Of a stretch of DNA of 61,525 nt, positions 48,417 through 56,783 are shown piece by piece (the stretch's first letter is position 1; each line of letters begins with the position of its first letter). The stretch comes from a virus (taxonomy: Duplodnaviria > Caudoviricetes), in IMG/VR virus record IMGVR_UViG_3300030708_002846, positions 1-61,525 of that record. One strand, 5' to 3'. Under the pieces are notes generated by a model, which was not told where the DNA came from, ran no database searches, and saw only the letters and a list, made by a program, of their open reading frames with translations. Both the position numbers and the translations under genes were made by a program.

Positions 48417-48425
48417 TTTTTCCTC

Positions 48426-49910
48426 CTAATAATATTTGTACTGTTTTGGATTAGGATAGTCATACATATCCTCTTTCCAATCAGTAAGTAGTTCTATAAA
48501 ATTACCTTGTCTGTATCTTAACATGGCTTGAGACATACTATCTACATAGTCATCATGTGCACCATGAGGAAATGCAGCGCATTCTTCAATCACTTCCTCA
48601 GCCCAGTGTTCTCCCTCTGGATACCATATGGCTCCAGATTCGAAAAGTGGTGCAACCGAGTTAACTCTGACAAATTTATCTTTACCCTTGGTTGGTACGA
48701 AATCTACCACGGGTATTCCCATTCGTCTAAATTCTTGAGCGAGTGGTTGTCCTGTTGCCTTAGCTTCAATAACCACGGTCTCAGGCTCCCAGTACTTGTA
48801 CTGTTCGAGAGCTATGGCTTTAAGTTCAGGAAAATCATACTTACCCTTCATCGCGTCTAGTAGGATAACATTTGGTTCTTTGCCTTCTTCTGGAAAAAAT
48901 ATTCCCCAAGTTGTAATAGCAGAGTAGTCTGCAGTTTCTTTTTTTGAAAATGCTGTATCATAAGATTGTATAATTCCTTGTAAATTTGGAACATCTTTTT
49001 TCTTCCAAGGTCTCCACCATTCTCTTTTGATAATCGCACCTTCTTCAGAAGTTGGTTCTTGCATGTATTGTGCTGACCAATTTCTTATTGGTAAAGATGC
49101 TTTAACTTTCAGTAATTCTTCTTTCTCCCAATACTCAGGCCACACAGGTTCTTCATTAGGCATGATTGCAGGGAAAGAAATTTGTTTCCACCTGTCTGCC
49201 TTTGGTTCTTTTTGCGCCTTGATCAATCTGCCTGTAAGGTCATCCTGAGCCCATCTTGTCATTACGACAACAATTGTTCCTCCAGGTTGCAAACGTTGTC
49301 TGGGTCCTGATACGTACCAATCAAAACTTTTTTCCATAGCCGTATCAGACAAAGCATCTTGCTCAGTATGTGGATCATCGATAATAAGTAAGTCCGCCCC
49401 TCGTCCTGTGATAGAACCGCCTACCCCCGCTGCATAATATTCGCCACCATGATTGGTCTCCCAACGTCCTTTAGCCTTACTATCTTCTCTTAGTTTAACA
49501 TCTCCAAAGATCTGTTTATACTCTGGACTGTCCATTAGATTACGAACCTTTGAACCGAACCTTGCTGATAATTCTGAGTTATGTGATACCTGCATAATTT
49601 TTAATTTTGGAAACTTCCCTATCATCCAAGCAGGAAATAAATATGATGCAAATTCTGATTTAGTATGTCTAGGAGGCATATTAATTATGAGCCTTCCTTT
49701 ACGTTCCTTTGATATTTTAGTAAATTCTGCTGCTATTATCTGATGGTGCCCCCATCTTTTTGGGTTCTTATCTAATCTACATATGAAGTCAGGCCAAACA
49801 TTTTTTACAAAATATATAAAATTATCCTGACAAAGTTTAATATGTTCTATAAATTTTTTTTCAACAACAGCTCTTAACTGGTCAGTTGTTAATAATTCTT
49901 TTTGTACCAT
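48426..49910 (-). CDS. terL: terminase large subunit
   Basis: NMPPRHTKS, ITGRGADLLIIDDP, MTRW, SYDTA, HDDYVDS. Confidence 0.95.
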   Translation of the reverse strand: MVQKELLTTDQLRAVVEKKFIEHIKLCQDNFIYFVKNVWPDFICRLDKNPKRWGHHQIIAAEFTKISKERKGRLIINMPPRHTKSEFASYLFPAWMIGKFPKLKIMQVSHNSELSARFGSKVRNLMDSPEYKQIFGDVKLREDSKAKGRWETNHGGEYYAAGVGGSITGRGADLLIIDDPHTEQDALSDTAMEKSFDWYVSGPRQRLQPGGTIVVVMTRWAQDDLTGRLIKAQKEPKADRWKQISFPAIMPNEEPVWPEYWEKEELLKVKASLPIRNWSAQYMQEPTSEEGAIIKREWWRPWKKKDVPNLQGIIQSYDTAFSKKETADYSAITTWGIFFPEEGKEPNVILLDAMKGKYDFPELKAIALEQYKYWEPETVVIEAKATGQPLAQEFRRMGIPVVDFVPTKGKDKFVRVNSVAPLFESGAIWYPEGEHWAEEVIEECAAFPHGAHDDYVDSMSQAMLRYRQGNFIELLTDWKEDMYDYPNPKQYKYY

Positions 49911-50350
49911 CTATATTTAATCTCACTATGAACTTTTTCTTGCCACTCCCTGCCTGGTCTAGTTGTCCAACCTTTACCTTTTGCAAAGGGTCGAGTGACA
50001 GCTTCTTTTTCAAAGCCACAAGCATTCAAACTAATACCTGACTCTTTTTGTAGGGTATAAGTAATAATTTTTTTGCCACCCATAAGCTGCCATATGTTCC
50101 AAGCTTTTGCATACAAAAAACTATTAACATTTTTTGTTCCATCAGAACAGGTTCTTAGTACCTCTGCAGTATACCTATTATCTAACTTTCTAGCTACAGG
50201 TCTACCAAGCACTAGAATTCCTACTAATTTATCATTCTTCAAAGCTCCTAAACAAAATTTACAACCTCTTACCTTCTTACTATGTCGATGTAACTTAATT
50301 ATAAAATTGTTAGCTTCAGCCATTGAAATAGGGATACATTTCATTTTCAT
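49889..50350 (-). CDS. Mom/XF1762-like DNA-modification protein
   Basis: HRH, GRPVARKLD, EV.R.CSDG, SFLY, ITYT...ESG.SL. Confidence 0.7.
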   Translation of the reverse strand: MKMKCIPISMAEANNFIIKLHRHSKKVRGCKFCLGALKNDKLVGILVLGRPVARKLDNRYTAEVLRTCSDGTKNVNSFLYAKAWNIWQLMGGKKIITYTLQKESGISLNACGFEKEAVTRPFAKGKGWTTRPGREWQEKVHSEIKYRWYKKNY

Positions 50351-50531
50351 TTTGGGTCCCCTTTTGTATCATAATAAAATAAACTCGACTACATGTATAG
50401 ATCTTATTCTCAAGGCGATCTCTGTGTTCCATTGTAAGTTGTAGAACGTCACAAAATGTTGTGGTTATTGATCTTATGTCGTACTAGATATTGAGCCTTC
50501 TAGCAACGTCACCTTCGGGGAGAAGCTGTAC

Positions 50532-50558
50532 CAGGCAGCAGCATCTGCCTGCTGCCTG
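50532..50558. terminator. GC-rich hairpin downstream of early genes
   Basis: CAGGCAGCAG / CTGCTGCCTG 10-bp stem just after the stop of 50566..50868; U tract only on + side. Confidence 0.45.
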
Positions 50559-50565
50559 TAACTTT

Positions 50566-50868
50566 TTAGATATAAGGATTGTGTAAAGAGTTAGTTCTTT
50601 TTGGTGGTATTAATTTATTCCAAGTTGGTTTGTACTTTTGTATCCAACGTCTTTCATACCATCTTATTTTATTATGATCTTTTACTCGCAGTATTTTTAC
50701 AACGCAGTTCATTCTATCTAAATCATAAGAACGTAAGCGTTGATGAACGTCAAAAAGAGACATTCCAATATAACGAATAAGTTTTGTTTCTTTACCAATA
50801 AGAAAGTATATCCCCCCATAAGCAGAGGGGACATAGCTAGGTTTTAGATTGAATATTCTTTTACTCAT
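50566..50868 (-). CDS. GIY-YIG nuclease domain protein
   Basis: GIY...YIG; R; E..WI..YKP.WN. Confidence 0.8.
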   Translation of the reverse strand: MSKRIFNLKPSYVPSAYGGIYFLIGKETKLIRYIGMSLFDVHQRLRSYDLDRMNCVVKILRVKDHNKIRWYERRWIQKYKPTWNKLIPPKRTNSLHNPYI

Positions 50869-51124
50869 TATTCAACTGTTCAAGAATTGGTTTTAAATTT
50901 CTAATTAGATTTTGTTTTAATTCTTTAACAATATCATCATTAGGATACTTAACCAAAATTTCTTCAACTGCACTTTCTAACTGTTTATACATAAACTGAT
51001 AGTTTAAACTAGTTGTAGGGTTGTCAGTTGGTTGGTCAACTTGTTGAGCATTTTGCTCAACAAGTGTTGTATTAAGTATGTTAATTAAATCGTTATTAGG
51101 CATTAGCACCTCCGACTTTTTCAT
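50861..51124 (-). CDS. hypothetical early protein (likely start ATG 51103)
   Basis: GGAGG SD before MPNND. Confidence 0.6.
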   Translation of the reverse strand: MKKSEVLMPNNDLINILNTTLVEQNAQQVDQPTDNPTTSLNYQFMYKQLESAVEEILVKYPNDDIVKELKQNLIRNLKPILEQLNNE

Positions 51125-51458
51125 ACTTAACTTTGATTTCAGTTGTTTCTAATTCAACCAAAAATTCCTCGTACAGTTTTGGATATTTTTCTTTGAATTT
51201 AGATGTATCAAATCTTTTCATCTTTCTTTGAATAAGTTGAGCAAAACCCTCAAACTCATTGTCCATATCATTTAAGATAATAAGATTTGTTTTTAAGTCT
51301 TTGAAATATTCTACATATTCAGGTTTCATAAGACTTGTTTGTTTTGTGTATTCTGAAATTGTACTTTTCAAAATACCATAGTTTAACAATGCAAGTTTTT
51401 GTTTTTGACTTGCTTTTTTAACTCTTATTTTTTTAAGAGTGTTTTTTTGCTTTGTCAT
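51096..51458 (-). CDS. hypothetical early protein
   Basis: AGGAG SD; RFDTSKFKEKYP.LY motif. Confidence 0.7.
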   Translation of the reverse strand: MTKQKNTLKKIRVKKASQKQKLALLNYGILKSTISEYTKQTSLMKPEYVEYFKDLKTNLIILNDMDNEFEGFAQLIQRKMKRFDTSKFKEKYPKLYEEFLVELETTEIKVKYEKVGGANA

Positions 51459-51494
51459 AACTTTACTCCTTTGTTTTTGTTTAAGTTATAACTA

Positions 51495-51510
51495 TCTTAT
51501 ATAGATAAGA
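51495..51510. promoter_or_regulatory. operator-like inverted repeat in promoter
   Basis: TCTTAT-ATAG-ATAAGA. Confidence 0.6.
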
Positions 51511-51716
51511 TTTTTAAAAACAACCCTTTTTTTTACTATTTCAAAAAAAAATTTCCTCCATAGAGCCACGCACATTAAGATTTCGACCTCAATGCGACCT
51601 ATACCTCATAGCCTTTTTTTATCAAACCAACTTTTAAATTTTCCGACATAGTTCCGTGCTGGGACTTTAATCTTTCTTCTTAAAATAACTAGAGAACGCA
51701 GAAACGAGAAACGAGA

Positions 51717-51737
51717 CGGCACGGTTTGACCGTGCCG
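51717..51737 (-). terminator. hairpin terminator after 51778..52281
   Basis: CGGCACGGT / ACCGTGCCG 9-bp stem with pyrimidine-rich tail. Confidence 0.55.
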
Positions 51738-51777
51738 ATTGTATAAATAATAAGCACAACATAGATAGACTACTACT

Positions 51778-52281
51778 TCAACAAATTCGAAATCCATTAC
51801 TATCTTCGCAGAACTCAATGAACTCTTTTACGTTTTCCAAAGTGAATGGATAAGAACTTCCATAATCATATTTAGATTGAATCCAATTCCACGTGTCATG
51901 GTCTTCAGCAGGGTAGTCTCTTGGTGCTAGACCTTTCTTGTTTGTTTCAGCTTCAACTTTCTTCCGAAGCATTTCATGTAGCTTATTTACTTGGGCGTTG
52001 TTGGTCTCGGCTTTTTTTGTATCTTCCTTTGTTTCATCAATAGCTTTTTTTACCATGCCATTATCAATCAAAGCCCTTAATTGATTTGCTATCTGTTTCG
52101 CTTTTTCGCCACTTACCTCATGTCCCTCGTTATGTTGCCACGCAGGTTTATCTTCATGCTCAATAACTCCCGTGTGTTCACATACAAATTGAGCGAGGCG
52201 TCTCCACCACCAAACATTGTTTCTGAAGTATTCGCCCTTTTCTGTTTTGTGTTGTCCTAGACTGTATAAATCAAAGCCCAT
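51778..52281 (-). CDS. conserved hypothetical early protein
   Basis: MGFDLY; YFRNNVWWW; own promoter and AGGAG SD. Confidence 0.8.
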   Translation of the reverse strand: MGFDLYSLGQHKTEKGEYFRNNVWWWRRLAQFVCEHTGVIEHEDKPAWQHNEGHEVSGEKAKQIANQLRALIDNGMVKKAIDETKEDTKKAETNNAQVNKLHEMLRKKVEAETNKKGLAPRDYPAEDHDTWNWIQSKYDYGSSYPFTLENVKEFIEFCEDSNGFRIC

Positions 52282-52305
52282 ATTTTCTCCTTTTGTTTAT
52301 GTTTA

Positions 52306-52341
52306 TCCCATCAATGTAAGACTTTATTTGGTAAAGTCAAG
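52306..52341 (-). promoter_or_regulatory. sigma70-like promoter with operator
   Basis: TTGACT-16-TACATT; TCCCAT-CAAT-GTAAGA at 52306-52321. Confidence 0.65.
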
Positions 52342-52508
52342 TACAAAATTTTCACGATCCACGAGAGCTTCTGGAAGAAAAACTGGGGGGCTGGCTCTGG
52401 GAGCTGGTCTTTACACTCTTGAGTGTCGCCCAACGAGGAACTACCAACGAGACCACGCCTCTTCCACCCGAACCTCCTCCAGCATCACCAGCTGTGGCGC
52501 CAGGGACA

Positions 52509-52619
52509 TTACCATAATGTTATAGCTGCTAGGACCGCGAACGCAATAAACGAGGGAACGCGAGCTGCAATGGCTGCCGAAACGGCAGCCCATCCAATGA
52601 TCATGATCCCCACTAACAT
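52509..52619 (-). CDS. 36-aa hydrophobic membrane peptide; not in ORF track
   Basis: manual translation MLVGIMIIGWAAVSAAIAARVPSFIAFAVLAAITLW; starts right after the upstream stop. Confidence 0.5.
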   Translation of the reverse strand: MLVGIMIIGWAAVSAAIAARVPSFIAFAVLAAITLW

Positions 52620-52620
52620 G

Positions 52621-52956
52621 TTACCTGCCCCATGTGATTCCCTCCACATCTGTCTTGAACTTAACGTGTTGACGCAACTGCATCTTCGTAAGGATCCTTG
52701 GCACGTTGTCTAACAAACCTTCACCTTTGAGTCTGCTGCCCTTGGTAATGCGTACCCACATTTTCTCTGTGCCACCGCGCTCCTTGAACCACACGTACAC
52801 ATACTCCCGCATCGAAGGCCTTCTCTCCAGTGCTTTTATTTTAAAATATGTTTCTTTGCCGTGTTCAGGGCACGAGAAGACAACATTGTCTTCTTCCATT
52901 TGTTTGGCTTCTTCTGAGTCCAGAGGATCTCTCCAAATAAATTTATCTTTGGTCAT
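52621..52956 (-). CDS. DUF2314-like hypothetical protein
   Basis: EKMWV...G.LDN.P motif. Confidence 0.6.
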   Translation of the reverse strand: MTKDKFIWRDPLDSEEAKQMEEDNVVFSCPEHGKETYFKIKALERRPSMREYVYVWFKERGGTEKMWVRITKGSRLKGEGLLDNVPRILTKMQLRQHVKFKTDVEGITWGR

Positions 52957-53033
52957 AGTATTACCCCCACGAGCTTCAGGATAACAATGATGCTAACGCA
53001 AAAGGTTAGCTCTACTAGTATACTTTTAGACAT
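52953..53033 (-). CDS. 26-aa membrane peptide; not in ORF track
   Basis: manual translation MSKSILVELTFCVSIIVILKLVGVIL; AGGAG SD; ATGA overlap. Confidence 0.55.
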   Translation of the reverse strand: MSKSILVELTFCVSIIVILKLVGVIL

Positions 53034-53054
53034 TTCTTTCTCCTATGTTATGTG

Positions 53055-53091
53055 TCCCATGTATATAAGACTTCTATCTCCTGCTGTCAAG
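53055..53091 (-). promoter_or_regulatory. sigma70-like promoter with operator
   Basis: TTGACA-17-TATATA; TCCCAT-GTAT-ATAAGA at 53055-53070. Confidence 0.7.
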
Positions 53092-53388
53092 AATTTTTTT
53101 CCAGAACTTTTCCCACACGAGTCGTGAGCTCTGGTGCTGGGCTCAGCGTCCTATCCTCTTGGTCAGCGAATGGCGATGAACGAGGACGAGGAAACGAGGA
53201 CTTGGATACCATCACCTGCTTCCCAGATCCACGCTGCACCAGCCAGTATCCTATTTACCTGAGTGGTGTCAAACGAGAGTTCATCAACGAGAACGTAGGA
53301 TCGGGAGACATTCGCTTCCGCAGCACCCAGCTCCTGGCGCCAGAGTCCATGCTTCTTGAGTGGCATAAAACGAGGAAACGAGAACGAG

Positions 53389-53784
53389 CTAACGTGGACT
53401 TCGGGCTGCAGCACCAGCCGTTCTGGCCAGTAGGTTCCTGATCCCTGTTGTGCTTATGTCCGAGGACGTAGCAACGAGGTCAACGCAACGAGATTCACGG
53501 TTCACGGCCAGAATTTCTATGGCTCTTTGCTTGAGGGGGGAGTTCAGAATAAATACTTTACCACCTGCCCTTTGATATTTAATATGCCAATTGATTTGCC
53601 ACTTTGACAGGCCTCGATTCTTGAGATCATTTGCTTTGAGTTCGAGCCAAAAAATAGTATTGTTTAGCACACAATGAACATCTGGAATTCCATTAGTTGT
53701 ACTGCTTTCTACCCTTGTAAAATGTGCGTTTTCTTTAATCTTCTTGATACGATTCCACAGCTTAGTTTCACCAGTTTGAGACAC
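53389..53784 (-). CDS. VRR-NUC / Holliday junction resolvase-like nuclease
   Basis: GIPDV...FWLELK...LS..Q..W...AGG. Confidence 0.78.
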   Translation of the reverse strand: MSQTGETKLWNRIKKIKENAHFTRVESSTTNGIPDVHCVLNNTIFWLELKANDLKNRGLSKWQINWHIKYQRAGGKVFILNSPLKQRAIEILAVNRESRCVDLVATSSDISTTGIRNLLARTAGAAARSPR

Positions 53785-53796
53785 AAATAAATCCGA

Positions 53797-54009
53797 TCAA
53801 GAATTGCAAATGCAACCGTAAAAATCACCACTTCCATCTTTCATAACATGACGATTTATGGGTGAATCTAAATAGTCTGTAAGGTGTAATCTTACGATAT
53901 CACATAGATTAAAACAGTCTAATTCAGCATAAATTTTTACATTTTGTAACATTTCTTTGGTAACTTCTACCAACGAATATAAACCATCATTGTAAATAAT
54001 CAGTTCCAT
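53797..54009 (-). CDS. hypothetical protein
   Basis: ORF with TAATG coupling. Confidence 0.6.
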   Translation of the reverse strand: MELIIYNDGLYSLVEVTKEMLQNVKIYAELDCFNLCDIVRLHLTDYLDSPINRHVMKDGSGDFYGCICNS

Positions 54010-54323
54010 TATAATTTCCTTATTGATGTTATTACACTATTAGGAATAATAGTTGTATTTCCTACACTCTCCATGTGACCTGCATCTCCTTCAGCTCCGT
54101 CCTTTAAACCAAAATCAGCAAAGATTCTTGTAATACCTTTTGAACGAGACAACAAATGTCCCTTAGTAACACATCTTCCTAACTGACTTTTATGCACAGC
54201 ATCAATTGTTTGCCAACCTGCCTCTCCAACAATATCTAACCACTGCACTTCTACCAAAGGGTACTTATCAATTTGAGTTTTTTCAAGTTTTTTATTTATC
54301 TTTATGATTTTTCGTGATGACAT
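54009..54323 (-). CDS. conserved hypothetical phage protein
   Basis: V.W.D...GW; GNTTIIP motif. Confidence 0.7.
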   Translation of the reverse strand: MSSRKIIKINKKLEKTQIDKYPLVEVQWLDIVGEAGWQTIDAVHKSQLGRCVTKGHLLSRSKGITRIFADFGLKDGAEGDAGHMESVGNTTIIPNSVITSIRKL

Positions 54324-54397
54324 ATACGTTTCCTATACTAGTTGTTAATGTGCTGTTATGCACTTCGTTAAATACCTTCATAAACATTTTCCAGTCT

Positions 54398-54916
54398 TTA
54401 GTCTTTAACAGACGTTTCTGGCGTAATGTCAATGATGTTTTTGGCTTCACCGATTTTCGACTCAAGCTCATCTAAACGTTTCTCCAATTGCTCTCTTGAT
54501 AATCCTTCTAATCCTAAATGTGTTACTTCTTTTCGATCAACAAAGAAACCTGCCATTTTGCCTTTTGCTACCTCAGCATTAATTGCTGCAGTAAACTGAC
54601 CTTTGTTCTCTGCACCGTTTCGTAACCTGTCATAAGTTTTATAAGATTTTAATTTATCTTTTTCGTAAATTGCTAATTCTTGAGCCATTCGTTTTTCTAA
54701 GTATCTACAAACATGTGGATTAACATCAGGATTGGTTAATCTACTTGCTGTCTCAGTAGGGCCATATTTGTTTTTGGAAGTGTAACCAGCTTCTTTAGCT
54801 GCATCTACCTTCGAAATCTTGCCATAATTCTCTACGTAAATATCTACAAATCTTTTTTGTTTTGGTGTTAATTCAGTAATTGTCCGTAAAGCTTTTGATT
54901 TTTGTGGCATGTCCAT
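54398..54916 (-). CDS. terS: terminase small subunit
   Basis: LTPKQKRFV..Y...AAKEAGY HTH; AAI.AE...GK.AG. Confidence 0.8.
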   Translation of the reverse strand: MDMPQKSKALRTITELTPKQKRFVDIYVENYGKISKVDAAKEAGYTSKNKYGPTETASRLTNPDVNPHVCRYLEKRMAQELAIYEKDKLKSYKTYDRLRNGAENKGQFTAAINAEVAKGKMAGFFVDRKEVTHLGLEGLSREQLEKRLDELESKIGEAKNIIDITPETSVKD

Positions 54917-54930
54917 ATACTATACCTCTA

Positions 54931-55080
54931 TCCTAGAAAAATAAATACAGGTCAATAAAATTCTATTTTTTGTTCGTAAGAAATGTAATTTTTCCTAGAA
55001 TTCTAGGAAAATTCCTAGTAGTTTCCTAGTTCTTTTTGTTCTATTAGTGTTGATATTACTTGTTTTTCCTAGTTTCCTAG
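54931..55080. repeat. TCCTAG repeat cluster with 22-bp palindrome
   Basis: TTTTCCTAGAATTCTAGGAAAA at 54990-55011, plus copies at 54931, 55012, 55023, 55066 and 55074. Confidence 0.75.
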
Positions 55081-55209
55081 TAAAAAGTGTTGAAATGAAA
55101 AAAAATTATTTATTTTTTTTTCTAAGTAAAGGGTATAGGGAAACACACTACATTAGAACGTTTCTAAAGTACTTTTTGGTTGATTTTCATGTGAATCACG
55201 TATATCTCT

Positions 55210-55295
55210 ATAGTGTTTTTCATTTAGCTCTTTTCTCACATAAACAGGAGGTCAACATGGATTGGATCCAGGGGGAAACCCCTTCCATGCTGGCC
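55210..55295 (+). ncRNA. candidate small RNA 1 (leader mimic, GAAA-capped stem); 5' end uncertain
   Basis: 55250-55261 pairs with 55284-55295; AGGGG-GAAA-CCCCT; possible TTGATT -35 at 55180. Confidence 0.45.
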
Positions 55296-55349
55296 CGTGA
55301 GCCGTGGTCAATTGCTCTTGACAACAGGTTCAAAAAAATTATATACCGT

Positions 55350-55425
55350 ACACGATTAATTAATCATCCCTACGTTTATGTTTAAGGTAGCTCTGGGGAG
55401 GGGAGACTCGAACCAGGGCTTAAAC
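55350..55425 (+). ncRNA. candidate small RNA 2 (antisense seed plus GAGA-capped stem)
   Basis: TTGACA(55318)-16-TATATA promoter; AGCTCTGG/CCAGGGCT stem; GGG-GAGA-CTC cap. Confidence 0.45.
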
Positions 55426-55890
55426 AATCACAGAAATAAGGATACTAGTAAACAAAGCTGTCGTTGCATCACTCACGCATCTTCGTAAATGTTCTAAATG
55501 TTTACGATGGTATTTTTTAGATTCATGCTCCTTACAATCACGGTACTTGTGATATTGAACATAATATCTTCTCCAGGCTACTTGTTTTTGGGTAAATTTT
55601 ATATCACCTCTTTTAATGGCTTTTATATACTGTTCTTTTACATGCTCAGGGGTAAAACCTGACCAGTAACAAATCCTTTCGAAATCATCGTTAGAATTAA
55701 AAATCCAGTTATGTGCATCGAATTTATATACACTAGACTTACGATCATTTTGATTAGTTGCTGAATCTTCAATGGCATTACATAAAACACCACGCCACAG
55801 CTTCTCCTCTGATGGCACCTCTTGTGTAGAAAGTAACTTAGCTGCGAAGCTAGTGCCCATAAGTTTTAATAAGGTAAGTGAGTAAGTCAC
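55420..55890 (-). CDS. conserved hypothetical phage protein (likely start ATG 55860)
   Basis: E.KLWR.VL..A.ED; DF..IC motif. Confidence 0.7.
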   Translation of the reverse strand: MTYSLTLLKLMGTSFAAKLLSTQEVPSEEKLWRGVLCNAIEDSATNQNDRKSSVYKFDAHNWIFNSNDDFERICYWSGFTPEHVKEQYIKAIKRGDIKFTQKQVAWRRYYVQYHKYRDCKEHESKKYHRKHLEHLRRCVSDATTALFTSILISVIV

Positions 55891-56062
55891 GATAGTAAAC
55901 TACCCTTTCTGGGTCACTTCTTTTTTTCTTGAAATGGAAATTATAATCATCTTCAACATTTTCTATTAAATTTGTTATATCTTGTCCAGTCCATCCCTCT
56001 ATTTTAGGTATATCAAGAAAGTCCTTAAATAAACTCATATCTATAGTGTACTCATTTGCCAT
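55850..56062 (-). CDS. hypothetical protein
   Basis: ORF in tightly overlapping operon. Confidence 0.65.
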   Translation of the reverse strand: MANEYTIDMSLFKDFLDIPKIEGWTGQDITNLIENVEDDYNFHFKKKRSDPERVVYYRDLLTYLIKTYGH

Positions 56063-56321
56063 CTAATTTTCCACCTTCTATAACATTTAACCGCACTATC
56101 TTTGCCTTCTTTTCTACCCTTTTTTGCTTAAAATTTTTCCATATCATTTGTATATCCTGCATAAAATTTGGATCAAATGTTTCATTGTAATCAAATTTTT
56201 GACCCATATACAATCTAAACATCACACCTGTTACAAGTGCGTACTCTTTCATAGTCAATTTTTTTGCAAGTATATGTATGGATTTATGTAAATCGCTAAT
56301 GTCTTGTGTATTTTTTGCCAC
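56052..56321 (-). CDS. hypothetical protein
   Basis: ORF in operon; LNVIEGGK tail. Confidence 0.65.
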   Translation of the reverse strand: MAKNTQDISDLHKSIHILAKKLTMKEYALVTGVMFRLYMGQKFDYNETFDPNFMQDIQMIWKNFKQKRVEKKAKIVRLNVIEGGKLDGK

Positions 56322-56562
56322 GAATCAATTCCTTTAATTTTGTTAAAATGCTAACAATTATTGAGCCGTGACTCGTGTTGATTGGTTCTAGATACCCATT
56401 ACCATCGCAATGCTGACATAACTTTAAAGGATCTGTAGCTTGTAGTTCTTCTGCGTTTGCAAAATATCCATTTCCTTTACAGGTTATACATATTTCGTAT
56501 GATTGTACCTTATCAAAAGGATTAATTTCTTTAATACCAAATGTCAAACCTTTTTTTCTCAT
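56296..56562 (-). CDS. DnaJ-type CxxCxGxG zinc-finger protein
   Basis: CITCKGNG and CQHCDGNG. Confidence 0.75.
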   Translation of the reverse strand: MRKKGLTFGIKEINPFDKVQSYEICITCKGNGYFANAEELQATDPLKLCQHCDGNGYLEPINTSHGSIIVSILTKLKELIRGKKYTRH

Positions 56563-56783
56563 ATACCCCCTCCTTTTCTCATTGCATCCAAACTGAATGT
56601 CTTATCATGGTATGGTTTAGTTCTTGGATTTTTACCTTTAGGCCACCTACATTTTATTTTCATTATTCTTTCATTATGCATTTTACCAGATACAATTATT
56701 ATATCATGACCATTTTCATGACTATGCACATGATGTCTTATATACTCTGGAAGTGTAATTTCAGAATTATCTTTTTTACTCAT
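56559..56783 (-). CDS. hypothetical protein (start reassigned to ATG 56783)
   Basis: TAATG coupling and AGGA SD. Confidence 0.6.
   Translation of the reverse strand: MSKKDNSEITLPEYIRHHVHSHENGHDIIIVSGKMHNERIMKIKCRWPKGKNPRTKPYHDKTFSLDAMRKGGGI

Larger units (their letters stand above)
52432..53492 (+). repeat. AACGAG-N8-AACGAG degenerate repeat units
   Basis: pairs start at 52432, 53179, 53272, 53369 and 53473. Confidence 0.75.

Noticed and set aside
859-50444. Many + strand ORFs antisense to real genes (e.g. 9449..9814, 26167..26613, 30626..31036, 50073..50444)
   Set aside because: They lie opposite well-supported - strand genes, have Phe/Leu/Ser-rich shadow composition and lack an RBS.
51606-51818. 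70-aa - strand ORF
   Set aside because: It runs through a terminator-like hairpin and AACGAG repeats, with no convincing start.
53052-53441. ORFs 53052..53441 (+) and 53163..53414 (-)
   Set aside because: No SD or recognisable motifs; open frames are expected in this stop-poor GC-rich repeat tract.
53170-53495. CRISPR array interpretation of the periodic repeats
   Set aside because: Conserved parts are only 6-7 bp, the spacing varies from 93 to 104 bp, and there is no cas operon.
55047-55385. 112-aa + strand ORF as a full gene
   Set aside because: It starts at GTG inside the repeat tract with low-complexity sequence. Only the last 42 codons have an SD, and that AUG is predicted to be sequestered.
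55250-55425. tRNA, or CsrA-sponge reading of the GGA-containing hairpins
   Set aside because: No cloverleaf or T-loop is present, and the GGA motifs lie mostly in stems or bulges rather than repeated hairpin loops.
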